Below, one piece after another: positions 39,138-47,828 of a stretch of DNA of 64,000 bases. Origin of the DNA: Gemmatimonadales bacterium. GTDB taxonomy: Bacteria > Gemmatimonadota > Gemmatimonadetes > Gemmatimonadales > GWC2-71-9. The notes below the pieces were generated by a model that was not told the DNA's origin, made no database searches, and saw only the letters and a list, made by a program, of their open reading frames with translations. The stretch spans positions 841,750 through 905,749 of the forward strand of contig JBBCJC010000001.1 in the NCBI GenBank assembly GCA_037189525.1, written 5' to 3'. The translations under genes and the position numbers were made by a program. Each line of letters opens with the position of its first letter. Position 1 is the stretch's first letter.

Positions 39138-40589
39138 TCAGATCACGTAGAGGTCGATGTAGTCGGGCACGGGCATCGCCTGCAGGCGATCCGAATCCAG
39201 CGAAACCGCAAGAATGGCCTGCTGCTGCTTGGCCGGGAATCGGCGCGCCAGGTTGGTGCGGAACTTGGCTTCCAGGAGCGGGATGCCGTCCGCTCGGCGA
39301 CGACGATGCCCGATCGGGTATTCGACCACGACTTCGTCGAGGCGCGTCCCGTCGTTCAGCTCGACCGTGACGCCGTTCGCAATCGACCGCTTTTCCGGAT
39401 CATGGTAGTCGGCCGTAAAGGCCGGGTCTTCGACGCAGTCGATCCGATCGCGCAGCGCATCGATACGAGGATCGGCTGCGACCTCATCCTCATAGTCCGC
39501 GGCCGTGAGCCGGCCGAAAAGCAGCGGCACTGCCACCATGTATTGGATGCAGTGATCGCGATCAGCCGGATTGTTGAGCGGCCCCTTCTTGTCGATGATC
39601 CGGATGCACGCTTCATGGGTACGGATCGTGACGCGAGTAATGTCGGCCGCGCTCTTGCCCTGATCCGTCAGCCGTCGGTGCAGCGTCATGGCGGCTTCGA
39701 CGGCCGTCTGGCTGTGGAACTCCGCGGGAAAACTGATCTTGAAGAGGACGTTCTCCATCACATACGTCCCGAAGGAGCGCTGAAAGGCAAACGGCTTGCC
39801 TTTGAAAAGGACGTCATAGAATCCCCAGGTCGGCGCCGTCAGGACCGACGGGTATCCCATCTCACCCTTTTGCGTCATCAATGCCAGTCGAACGGCCCGG
39901 CTGGTCGCATCACCCGCAGCCCATGACTTTCGGCTGCCGGTGTTCGGCGCGTGACGGTAGGTCCGCATGCTCTGCCCGTCGACCCACGCTTGCGATACGG
40001 CATCGATGATCTCATCGCGTGACAAGCCGAGCAGATTACCGACCACGGCCATACTGGCGACTTTGACGAGGACGACATGGTCGAGACCGACCCGGTTGAA
40101 CGAGTTCTCCAGCGCGAGCACACCCTGGATCTCGTGCGCCTTGATCATGGCCAGGAGCACATCCCGCATCAGCAGAGGAGGCCGACCCGCTGCCACGGCC
40201 GTGCGCGAGAGCCAGTCGGCCACCGCGAGGATACCTCCGAGATTGTCCGACGGATGACCCCACTCGGCCGCGAGCCAGGTATCGTTGAAATCGAGCCATC
40301 GGATCATCGTGCCGATATTGAACGCTGCCTGAACGGGATCCAGTTGAAACTGGGTACCCGGCACCCGCGCCCCGTTCGGTACGACCGTGCCCGGTACGAT
40401 CGGACCGAGCAGCTTGGTACAGGCAGGATACGACAGCGCCTCCAGCCCGCAGCCGAGTGTGTCGATCAGGCAGTGGCGCGCCGTCTCGAGCGCCAGGTCG
40501 GACACGGCCGATCGGTCGACGGCATAGTCGGCGATGGCAACCAGGACATCGTCCGGCGCGGGTCGGATATTGGAAATGTGACTGCTCAT
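39138..40589 (-). CDS. prpD: 2-methylcitrate dehydratase
   Basis: [47 protein letters not shown]. Confidence 0.96.
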   Translation of the reverse strand: MSSHISNIRPAPDDVLVAIADYAVDRSAVSDLALETARHCLIDTLGCGLEALSYPACTKLLGPIVPGTVVPNGARVPGTQFQLDPVQAAFNIGTMIRWLDFNDTWLAAEWGHPSDNLGGILAVADWLSRTAVAAGRPPLLMRDVLLAMIKAHEIQGVLALENSFNRVGLDHVVLVKVASMAVVGNLLGLSRDEIIDAVSQAWVDGQSMRTYRHAPNTGSRKSWAAGDATSRAVRLALMTQKGEMGYPSVLTAPTWGFYDVLFKGKPFAFQRSFGTYVMENVLFKISFPAEFHSQTAVEAAMTLHRRLTDQGKSAADITRVTIRTHEACIRIIDKKGPLNNPADRDHCIQYMVAVPLLFGRLTAADYEDEVAADPRIDALRDRIDCVEDPAFTADYHDPEKRSIANGVTVELNDGTRLDEVVVEYPIGHRRRRADGIPLLEAKFRTNLARRFPAKQQQAILAVSLDSDRLQAMPVPDYIDLYVI

Positions 40590-40628
40590 GTATGCTCGTC
40601 GGCGCGAGGCGCCGGATCGGGTAAACGC

Positions 40629-41822
40629 CTAACGCGCATCCAGCGGCACATAGGGCCGTTCATCCGGCCCGATGTAGTTCGCGCTGGGGCGAATGATCTT
40701 GCCATCGAGCCGCTGTTCGATGACGTGCGCCGACCACCCGGTCGTCCGCGCAATGACGAACAGGGGTGTAAACATCGCCGTCGGAACGCCCATCAGGTGG
40801 TAGGACACGGCGGAGAACCAGTCCAGGTTAGGAAACATCCGCTTCGCATCCCACATCACCTGCTCGATCCGCGCGGCAATCTCGAACATCCTGGTCGAGC
40901 CGGCCTCTTCCGACAGCCGCCGCGCCACGTCCTTGATCACGACGTTGCGAGGGTCCGACACCGTGTACACCGGATGGCCGAACCCGATCACGACCTGCTT
41001 GGCTTCGAGCAGGCGGCGAATGTCGGCCTCGGCCTGATCCGGATCGTCATACCGCTGCTGGATATCGAAGGCGACCTCGTTAGCGCCGCCATGCTTGGGA
41101 CCTCTCAACGCACCAATCGCACCCGTAATCGACGAGTAGAGATCCGACCCCGTGCCGGCAATGACTCGCCCGGCAAAAGTCGACGCATTGAACTCGTGCT
41201 CGGCATAGAGCACCAGCGAGGTGTGCATGGCTTCGACCCAGGAGCGCCGAGGTGTACGACCATGCAACAGATGCAGGAAATGCCCGCCGATCGAGTCGTC
41301 GTCGGTCTCGACCTCGATCCGTCGGCCATGGGTGGCATAGTGATACCAGTAGAGCAGAATCGAACTGAGTGACGCCAGCAGCCGATCGGCAATGTCGCGC
41401 GCACCGGCCAGCGGATGATCGTCCTTTTCCGGCAGCACACAGCCGAGTGCCGACACGCCGGTGCGCATGACATCCATTGGGTGAGTGGCCGCCGGAAGGC
41501 GTTCGAGCACATTCCGCACGTCGATCGGCAGGCCCCGCAACGATGCCAGCTTGGTCTTGTATGCTGCCAGGTCGGTTCGATTGGGGAGACTACCGTGAAT
41601 CAGCAGGTGGGCCACTTCCTCGAACTCGCACTGCGCCGCAAGATCGAGAATATCATAGCCGCGATAGTGGAGGTCGTTCCCCGATCGACCGACCGTACAC
41701 AACGCGGTGTTGCCGGCAGTGACGCCCGACAGCGCAACCGATTTCTTTGGCTTGGGACCTGAGGTCGAACCTGCGGAACCCCCGACCTCAGTCGGGGCGA
41801 CGTTCGTTTCGGGAGAGATCAC
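40629..41822 (-). CDS. prpC: 2-methylcitrate synthase
   Basis: [56 protein letters not shown] start after GGAGG. Confidence 0.95.
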   Translation of the reverse strand: MISPETNVAPTEVGGSAGSTSGPKPKKSVALSGVTAGNTALCTVGRSGNDLHYRGYDILDLAAQCEFEEVAHLLIHGSLPNRTDLAAYKTKLASLRGLPIDVRNVLERLPAATHPMDVMRTGVSALGCVLPEKDDHPLAGARDIADRLLASLSSILLYWYHYATHGRRIEVETDDDSIGGHFLHLLHGRTPRRSWVEAMHTSLVLYAEHEFNASTFAGRVIAGTGSDLYSSITGAIGALRGPKHGGANEVAFDIQQRYDDPDQAEADIRRLLEAKQVVIGFGHPVYTVSDPRNVVIKDVARRLSEEAGSTRMFEIAARIEQVMWDAKRMFPNLDWFSAVSYHLMGVPTAMFTPLFVIARTTGWSAHVIEQRLDGKIIRPSANYIGPDERPYVPLDAR

Positions 41823-41904
41823 GCGTCCTCCGGCCGTAACGCATCCTACGGTCGGGAACGGTGGTCAGTATGCTCCGGGCGGCAACGAGGAGAATACCCG
41901 ACGA

Positions 41905-42058
41905 CCGCATCCTCTGACGCGAAGGACGCTGTCACTGCGATATGGCTCGTGGGCGGGCATTCGGGCTTGGCAGGAGTGCCTTACCGTTGCGCGACAGCGC
42001 CGGACTTTCACCGGCTTCCCCCGTATTGAGCCGACCACGACAGTCGGCCCCACGAACG
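41905..42058 (-). ncRNA. Compact cobalamin riboswitch (class II-like, lacking the P8-P12 extension) upstream of prpC
   Basis: Minus strand TTCGTGGG-GCCGAC..GTCGGC-TCAATACGGGGGAAGCCGGTGAAAGTCCGGCGCTGTCGCGCAACGGTAA-GGCA.CTCC.TGCC-AAGCCCGAATGCCCGCCCACGAG. P1 closes TTCGTGGG/CCCACGAG. A downstream hairpin GCGTCCT/AGGATGC has loop CGCG complementary to L5 CGCG. Confidence 0.85.
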
Positions 42059-42215
42059 TGCAACTTCCAAATCGAACGTAAGAGACGAACCCCCGGGGAT
42101 CAAGGCTGTCGGTTCCGGCAGTTTCGCTCCCAGCGCAACCTTTCCGACCGAACCGCTCCCGAGGTCCACCGCCCACATATCGAAACCATGCGACGATTGA
42201 CCGGAGACTCGCCGC

Positions 42216-42689
42216 TCAGCGCGCGGCGGCCGCCGGCTCGCGATGACTTCCCGAGGGACGGCGATGCGCACCGGACGTCCGAACCACCTCGTCTCCTGCC
42301 AGACGTGGTCGCTCGCGAGCCGCGACCGGCAACCGGCGACTCGCTCCGACTACCCGCCGCGCGATCTGGACACTGAGCAGGATCACGCCGAGCAGCAGAT
42401 ACCCGCCGACGAACACGGCCCAATGCAGCACATTCCCGTTACCAACCGGCTGCCCGTTGACCTGAATCGCCGAGGTGCGGGCGACATCCGGACCAAGCAG
42501 AGCGGCCAGGACCCACCCGGTGGTCCATAAGCTGGCCACGATGCCCACCGCAATCGCGGCCTGCACCGTCGCCGACCTGGCCGCCCGCCGATCGCCGCGA
42601 TTGCGGATCAGATTCCGCAACGGCAGCAGCACGGCCGCCGCGAGATAGAAGAGCCCGCCGACGCCGGCCCCAGGAATTCCCACCGTCAT
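42216..42689 (-). CDS. Small membrane protein (about 3 TM) coupled to the GT2 gene
   Basis: Starts 2 nt after the GT2 stop. Three hydrophobic segments. Confidence 0.7.
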   Translation of the reverse strand: MTVGIPGAGVGGLFYLAAAVLLPLRNLIRNRGDRRAARSATVQAAIAVGIVASLWTTGWVLAALLGPDVARTSAIQVNGQPVGNGNVLHWAVFVGGYLLLGVILLSVQIARRVVGASRRLPVAARERPRLAGDEVVRTSGAHRRPSGSHREPAAAAR

Positions 42690-42691
42690 TA

Positions 42692-43753
42692 TCAGTGCCC
42701 TTTCTCGTACGCAAGGAGCGGCCGGCCACGCACGACTTCGCGCCAGACAGCGCTCACGAAGAAGACGGCGTTGACCGTTCGGAGGACGAAGAAGCCGGGC
42801 ACGCTTGCCAGCGCCTTACCGACTTCGCCTCGTGGTACCGCTCCCACCATGACCGGGACGAGCACCGCCGGAAGGTCGATCACATAGCCGAGCAGCAGGT
42901 AGGGATTTCCGAACGCAATGGCCAGCGCCGGCAGCAGGAACAGATAGGCCAGCGACGCGATGACGGCATCCCAGCACGAGACCGCAACCGCGCTCCGCAG
43001 GAACGGAACCTCGAGCAAGCCGCGCCAATGGAGCCGCACGTTCTGCACGAACCCGTGCGACCACCGCCGCAGTTGTTTCCGCATGAACGCGAAATCGTGC
43101 GGTTCGATCGGCCGGCAGAGCGCTTCCGGAACGAAGCGCACCTTGTGGCCGCGTTGATATAACGTCCAGGTCAGATCCATGTCCTCGGCGACCGTGCGCG
43201 TCTGCCAGCCGCCGGCGGCTTTGAGGATCTCGGTTCGATACATGGAAAAGCAGCCCGAACTGATGAACGGTGTCCCGTATCCGTCCTGGACCCGCTTATA
43301 GAAGGTGAAGGCAAAGAGATACTCGAGGTACCGCCCCCGCTCCCAGATGGTTTCCACATGTCGAGGGATCACGGAGCCGCAGGCGGCCGCAACTTCGGCA
43401 TCGTCGAACGCATCGATCAGCCGCTCGATCCCGTCGGGCGCCAGGGTCGTATCCGCGTCGACCGCCATGACGAGCGGGGTGGTCACCTGGAACAACGCAA
43501 ACTGCTGCGCACCGGCTTTCGAGCCGGTATTGCTGGGAGGACGGACCACCGTTGCGCCTGCCGCGCGCGCAATATCGCCGGTGCCGTCATTCGAGCCGTC
43601 GTCGATCACGATGATCTCGGCCGGCGGCACCGTCTGCCGCTGCAAACTCGTGATCGTATCCGCGACGGACGCGGCTTCATTATAGGCCGGAATCAAGACG
43701 GTGACCGGCAAGCGTGGCCTGTTGTCGGCCCCAGATAGTTGCTGCAAAGACAT
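42692..43753 (-). CDS. GT2 processive-type glycosyltransferase (PgaC/IcaA-like)
   Basis: IPAYNE, DDGSND, DADT, TVAEDMD, QLRRW, C-terminal TM helices. Confidence 0.9.
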   Translation of the reverse strand: MSLQQLSGADNRPRLPVTVLIPAYNEAASVADTITSLQRQTVPPAEIIVIDDGSNDGTGDIARAAGATVVRPPSNTGSKAGAQQFALFQVTTPLVMAVDADTTLAPDGIERLIDAFDDAEVAAACGSVIPRHVETIWERGRYLEYLFAFTFYKRVQDGYGTPFISSGCFSMYRTEILKAAGGWQTRTVAEDMDLTWTLYQRGHKVRFVPEALCRPIEPHDFAFMRKQLRRWSHGFVQNVRLHWRGLLEVPFLRSAVAVSCWDAVIASLAYLFLLPALAIAFGNPYLLLGYVIDLPAVLVPVMVGAVPRGEVGKALASVPGFFVLRTVNAVFFVSAVWREVVRGRPLLAYEKGH

Positions 43754-43914
43754 CGTGGCGCGAATCGACTCAGACGGAGGAGACTATTGCTGCAAGCATC
43801 TCCCCGTGGACGTTTTATCACCCGATCACGCACACGCAGCCGACGAAGCGAAGCGATTCCCTGCACGACCGACGCAACGGTCGGCCGGAATTGCGACAGA
43901 AGTTCGCGACAGTC

Positions 43915-45519
43915 TCAGGATCCGGACCGAGCGGGGCCACGCAGCACCCGGCCCGGGGTGGCGCCGGTGAGCGAACCGTCTCGCAGAACTGACACGCCAT
44001 TGATATAGATATGCACCATCCCCACCGAGAACCGGTGCGGGTCCTGATAGGTAGCCAGATCCGCGATCCGTTCGGGATCGAAAACCACCAGGTCCGCATA
44101 CATCCCTTCACGCACCTGGCCCCGCTCCCGCTGGCCGACCTGCTCCATCGACAGCGAGGTCATCCGCCGAATCGCTTCCTCGAGCGACAACACCTGCTGC
44201 TCCCGGACATACCGGGCCAGGACCCGCGGAAAGGCGCCGTAGCTCCGCGGATGAGGGAAGCCGCGACCGTAGCCGACCGAATCACCGTCGGTTTCGATCA
44301 TGGCAAAGGGATGCTGCAGCACCCGCACGACGTCCGCTTCGTCCATCATGTGATAGATGGCGCTGAATCCTCCGGCCAGCTGCAGTTCGATGGCCAGTTG
44401 CACTCCATTCACCGCGTTGATGGCAAGACCGCGATCGCGGGCCAGATCCGCCATCGTCTTGCCGTTGTACGACGGATTGGACGGAAGCACCCGGAACTGA
44501 ATCCGCTCGAGTTCGTCGCCCGCCCAGTCGAGCCGCATCCGTTCCAGCATCTCGGCCTCGAGCCTGGGCCGGATGCGCGGATCATCGACGCGCGCCCTGA
44601 GTGAATCGACTCCGCCGGCCAGCGCCCAACCGGGAAACAACACGCCCGAATGGGTACTCCCGGCCGTGTAGGGATAGACGTCATGCTTGACGTCGAGACC
44701 GCGCGCCCGCGCCGAGTCGATCATGGCGATGGTGGTGCGGGTCCAACCGAACTGACCGGCACCGGCCGCCTTGTGGTGATTGATCTGCACCGGAATCCGC
44801 GCTTCGTCCGCAACCCGGATCGTCTCGCGCACGGAGGCCAGCAGGCCGCGGGCTTCGTCGCGCATGTGCGTCACGTAAATGCCGCCATGCCGCGCCGCGA
44901 CCTTGGCCAGTTCGATCACCTCCTCGATCCGGGCATAGTTGGCGGGCACATAGAGCAAACCCGTGCTCAAGCCGAGCGCGCCGTCCCGCATGTTGGCCTC
45001 GACCATGGCTTTCATCTGCTCGAGTTCGGCCGCGGTCGGCGCACGGTTGGCCAATCCCATCACGGTACGGCGAATCGAGGTATGCCCCGCGAAGTATCCG
45101 ACGTTCGGGGCCGTCCGCAGACGATCGAGATACGCACCGAGCGGCCAGGGCGTATCGCCGCTGTGGACCGGAGTCAGGAGCGTGGTGACGCCCTGGAATA
45201 GAAAGTTTTCTGCCAGCGGGCGATTGTGGATATCGGTCGCCACGTGCGCATGATGGTCAACGAATCCCGGCGCCACGACCAGCCCGGTGACATCGAACTC
45301 GACCCGCCCGCTTCCCGCAGCGATGCCGTCTCGCGCCACCCGGACGATCCGATCTCCCTGAAGCGCCACATCCGCCCGGAATCGTGGCGCTCCGGACCCG
45401 TCGACCACCGTTCCGCCACGCAGCACGACATCGTACTGCTGTGCGTAGGCCCGACCTGGGCCGGCAACGACCGCCAGCCAGACACCCAGCAACGAAACGA
45501 TCGAGGAGACACGGGCCAT
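43915..45519 (-). CDS. Secreted N-acyl-D-amino-acid deacylase (D-aminoacylase) family amidohydrolase
   Basis: Signal peptide, APGFVDHHAH, GLSTGLLYVP, THMRDE, PHPRSYGAFPRVL, GMYADLVVFDP. Confidence 0.9.
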   Translation of the reverse strand: MARVSSIVSLLGVWLAVVAGPGRAYAQQYDVVLRGGTVVDGSGAPRFRADVALQGDRIVRVARDGIAAGSGRVEFDVTGLVVAPGFVDHHAHVATDIHNRPLAENFLFQGVTTLLTPVHSGDTPWPLGAYLDRLRTAPNVGYFAGHTSIRRTVMGLANRAPTAAELEQMKAMVEANMRDGALGLSTGLLYVPANYARIEEVIELAKVAARHGGIYVTHMRDEARGLLASVRETIRVADEARIPVQINHHKAAGAGQFGWTRTTIAMIDSARARGLDVKHDVYPYTAGSTHSGVLFPGWALAGGVDSLRARVDDPRIRPRLEAEMLERMRLDWAGDELERIQFRVLPSNPSYNGKTMADLARDRGLAINAVNGVQLAIELQLAGGFSAIYHMMDEADVVRVLQHPFAMIETDGDSVGYGRGFPHPRSYGAFPRVLARYVREQQVLSLEEAIRRMTSLSMEQVGQRERGQVREGMYADLVVFDPERIADLATYQDPHRFSVGMVHIYINGVSVLRDGSLTGATPGRVLRGPARSGS

Positions 45520-45666
45520 GGAGCACGTCCTGTTCGGATGGCAAGTCATCGGATCGCTCAATAATAAGTCACCGCCGGGGGCTGGATATCGCGCGTAGTG
45601 TGGCCGAAATTGCGAAGGGCGTCTCCCAGAAAACGCCGTCCACCATGCCCGAACCGCGAGCCTGAC

Positions 45667-46911
45667 ATGAATCTCTTCCAAGCGCCGCCCATTGCTTCCG
45701 TCTTTCTCTTCCTGGCGAGCACCGCGTGCGCGCAGAAGCCCCAGGAAACCCCGGCCGTCGTGGACACCGGCCGAGACTGCGCGCCGCTCGAGACACGGGA
45801 GCATAGCGCGCCCGGCCGGCCGCCGGTCAACCCGGGTCAGACACGTGCCTGCGCTGCCCCGTCCAACGTGGCCTTCAACGTCACGGTCGTCACCACGGGG
45901 CTCGAGCATCCCTGGGCGGTGGAGCCGCTCCCGGGCGGAGACCTGCTGGTTACGGAAAAGCCCGGACGGATGCGCATCGTCTCGGCGGCGGGGCAGATCG
46001 GTGAACCGCTCGGCGGCGTGCCCGCGGTTGATCCGCGAGGACAGGGCGGCCTGCTCGACGTGGCGCTAAGCCCGAGCTTCGAAACCGATCGCACCATCTA
46101 CTGGAGCTTCACCGAACCGCGTACGGGCGGCAACGGCACCAGCGTTGCACGCGGGGTGCTGTCCGCCGATCGCCGCCAGCTCGAACAGGTCCGGGTCATC
46201 TTGCAGACGATGCCCACCTACGAGAACAACATGCACTACGGTTCCCGGCTGGCCTTCGGTCCGGATGGGATGCTCTACGTCACCACCGGGGAGCGCTCCA
46301 GCATTCAGACCCGTCCGCAAGCGCAGGACCTAGGAAGCCACTTCGGCAAAGTTCTACGCATCAAGCCCGAGGGCGGCGCGCCGGACGACAATCCCTTCGT
46401 CGGGCAGTCGGGTGCGCTGCCGGAGATCTGGAGCTACGGCCATCGGAACATCCAAGCTTCCACCTTCGATACCGAAGGCCGGCTCTGGGAAGTCGAACAT
46501 GGCCCGCAAGGCGGCGACGAACTCAACCTGGTGCAGAAGGGCAAGAACTACGGCTGGCCGCTCGCCACGTACGGCCGGGAATACTCCGGGCGTCCGGTCC
46601 CGAATGCGGGGACCACCCACGAAGGTACCGAGCAGCCCGTCTACTTCTGGGATCCGGTCATCGCCCCGTCGGGGATGGTCTACTACACCGGCAGTGCCTT
46701 CCCGGCATGGCAGGGAAGTCTGTTTGTCGGCGGTCTGCGGGATGCGCGGCTGGTCCGGCTGGTGCTCACCAACGGACGCGTCACCGGCGAGGAGCATCTG
46801 CTGATCGACCGCCGCCAGCGAGTCCGCGATGTCAAACAGGGGCCTGATGGCGCGCTCTACATCGTGACTGACCAGGCCAACGGCGAACTCTGGAAGCTCG
46901 CTCCGCAGTAA
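45667..46911 (+). CDS. PQQ-dependent soluble sugar dehydrogenase (YliI/Asd type) lipoprotein
   Basis: GLEHPWA, GQGGLLDVAL, HYGSRLAF, WSYGHRNIQ, EHGPQGGDELN, RVRDVKQGPDG. Confidence 0.9.
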   Translation: MNLFQAPPIASVFLFLASTACAQKPQETPAVVDTGRDCAPLETREHSAPGRPPVNPGQTRACAAPSNVAFNVTVVTTGLEHPWAVEPLPGGDLLVTEKPGRMRIVSAAGQIGEPLGGVPAVDPRGQGGLLDVALSPSFETDRTIYWSFTEPRTGGNGTSVARGVLSADRRQLEQVRVILQTMPTYENNMHYGSRLAFGPDGMLYVTTGERSSIQTRPQAQDLGSHFGKVLRIKPEGGAPDDNPFVGQSGALPEIWSYGHRNIQASTFDTEGRLWEVEHGPQGGDELNLVQKGKNYGWPLATYGREYSGRPVPNAGTTHEGTEQPVYFWDPVIAPSGMVYYTGSAFPAWQGSLFVGGLRDARLVRLVLTNGRVTGEEHLLIDRRQRVRDVKQGPDGALYIVTDQANGELWKLAPQ

Positions 46912-47006
46912 CGCCAACCGGGCGGGCCGCGATCACCAACGGCCCGCCTGCTAGACAGGCCCGCAATCGATCGATAGACTTGGTTCGTCCACCTCGGGAC
47001 GGGCCC

Positions 47007-47828
47007 ATGACCAGTCGAGCGCTGTTCGCACAGCTCAGAGCCGCCGTAATCATCGGCGCGCTCGGCACGCCCGCCTCCGCGCAACAGGTCCTGCGCGGCA
47101 CCATCTCGGACGATTCGACCCGCCGCGCAATCGTCGGCGCCGAAGTCACCTTCGACTCCGCAGGTACCGCGCGCGTCATCAGCGACCGGGGCGGCCGCTA
47201 CCTGATTGCGGTTCCGGCCGGCGCCACGTCGATCATGGTCCGCGCCGTAGGATACCGTCCGTTGACGGCGCCGATCGCAGCTGGCGGGAACGACACCACG
47301 ATCGTCGATTTCCGGCTCACGGGTCAGGCCGTCCGTCTGCCCGACGTCATTACCTCCACCGGCCGGCCCGCCACGCCGAGCGCGCGGACGATGGAGTTCG
47401 AGCGTCGGCGCCAAACCGGGACAGGTGCGTACCTCACTCGAGCACAGCTTGCGCAGAACGAGGCGCTCTCGCCCTCCGCTTTGCTCCGGGTCCTCCGGGG
47501 CATGCGTCTGATACCGCGACCCTCGTCGTGCGGCGGCGGATACGCGGCGGCAACCCTTCGCACCGGGTCCGCCGGGCAGAAACTGCATTGCATCTCTGAT
47601 CCCAGGCAAACGTTCCCGGCCGGATGCTATCTGTCGATCGTGCTGGACGGACGATCGCTCTGGGCCTATGACTCGCCGGAACCGCCCAACATCGACGAAT
47701 TCACGCTCCACAACATGGAGGCGATCGAGCTGTACCGCGGAGCCGGCGAGATTCCGCCAGAGTTCAACCAGTCAGGCGCTTCCTGCGGGGTGCTGGTCCT
47801 CTGGAGCCGAGTCGGAGGCGATCCATGA
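47007..47828 (+). CDS. Carboxypeptidase-regulatory-like domain + TonB-dependent-receptor plug-like domain, no barrel
   Basis: Signal peptide, LRGTISD..AIVGAEV, VRAVGYRP, FERRRQTG.G.YLTR, EAIELYRGAGEIP.EF...CGVLVLWS. Confidence 0.75.
   Translation: MTSRALFAQLRAAVIIGALGTPASAQQVLRGTISDDSTRRAIVGAEVTFDSAGTARVISDRGGRYLIAVPAGATSIMVRAVGYRPLTAPIAAGGNDTTIVDFRLTGQAVRLPDVITSTGRPATPSARTMEFERRRQTGTGAYLTRAQLAQNEALSPSALLRVLRGMRLIPRPSSCGGGYAAATLRTGSAGQKLHCISDPRQTFPAGCYLSIVLDGRSLWAYDSPEPPNIDEFTLHNMEAIELYRGAGEIPPEFNQSGASCGVLVLWSRVGGDP

Noticed and set aside
43789..43806. Sigma54-like GG-N10-GC upstream of the GT2 gene (minus strand)
   Set aside because: Only the TTGCA half matches well. The -24 element departs from TGGCAC.
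46920..46949. GC hairpin after the sugar dehydrogenase gene
   Set aside because: No U-tract and the next gene is co-oriented, so it cannot be called a terminator
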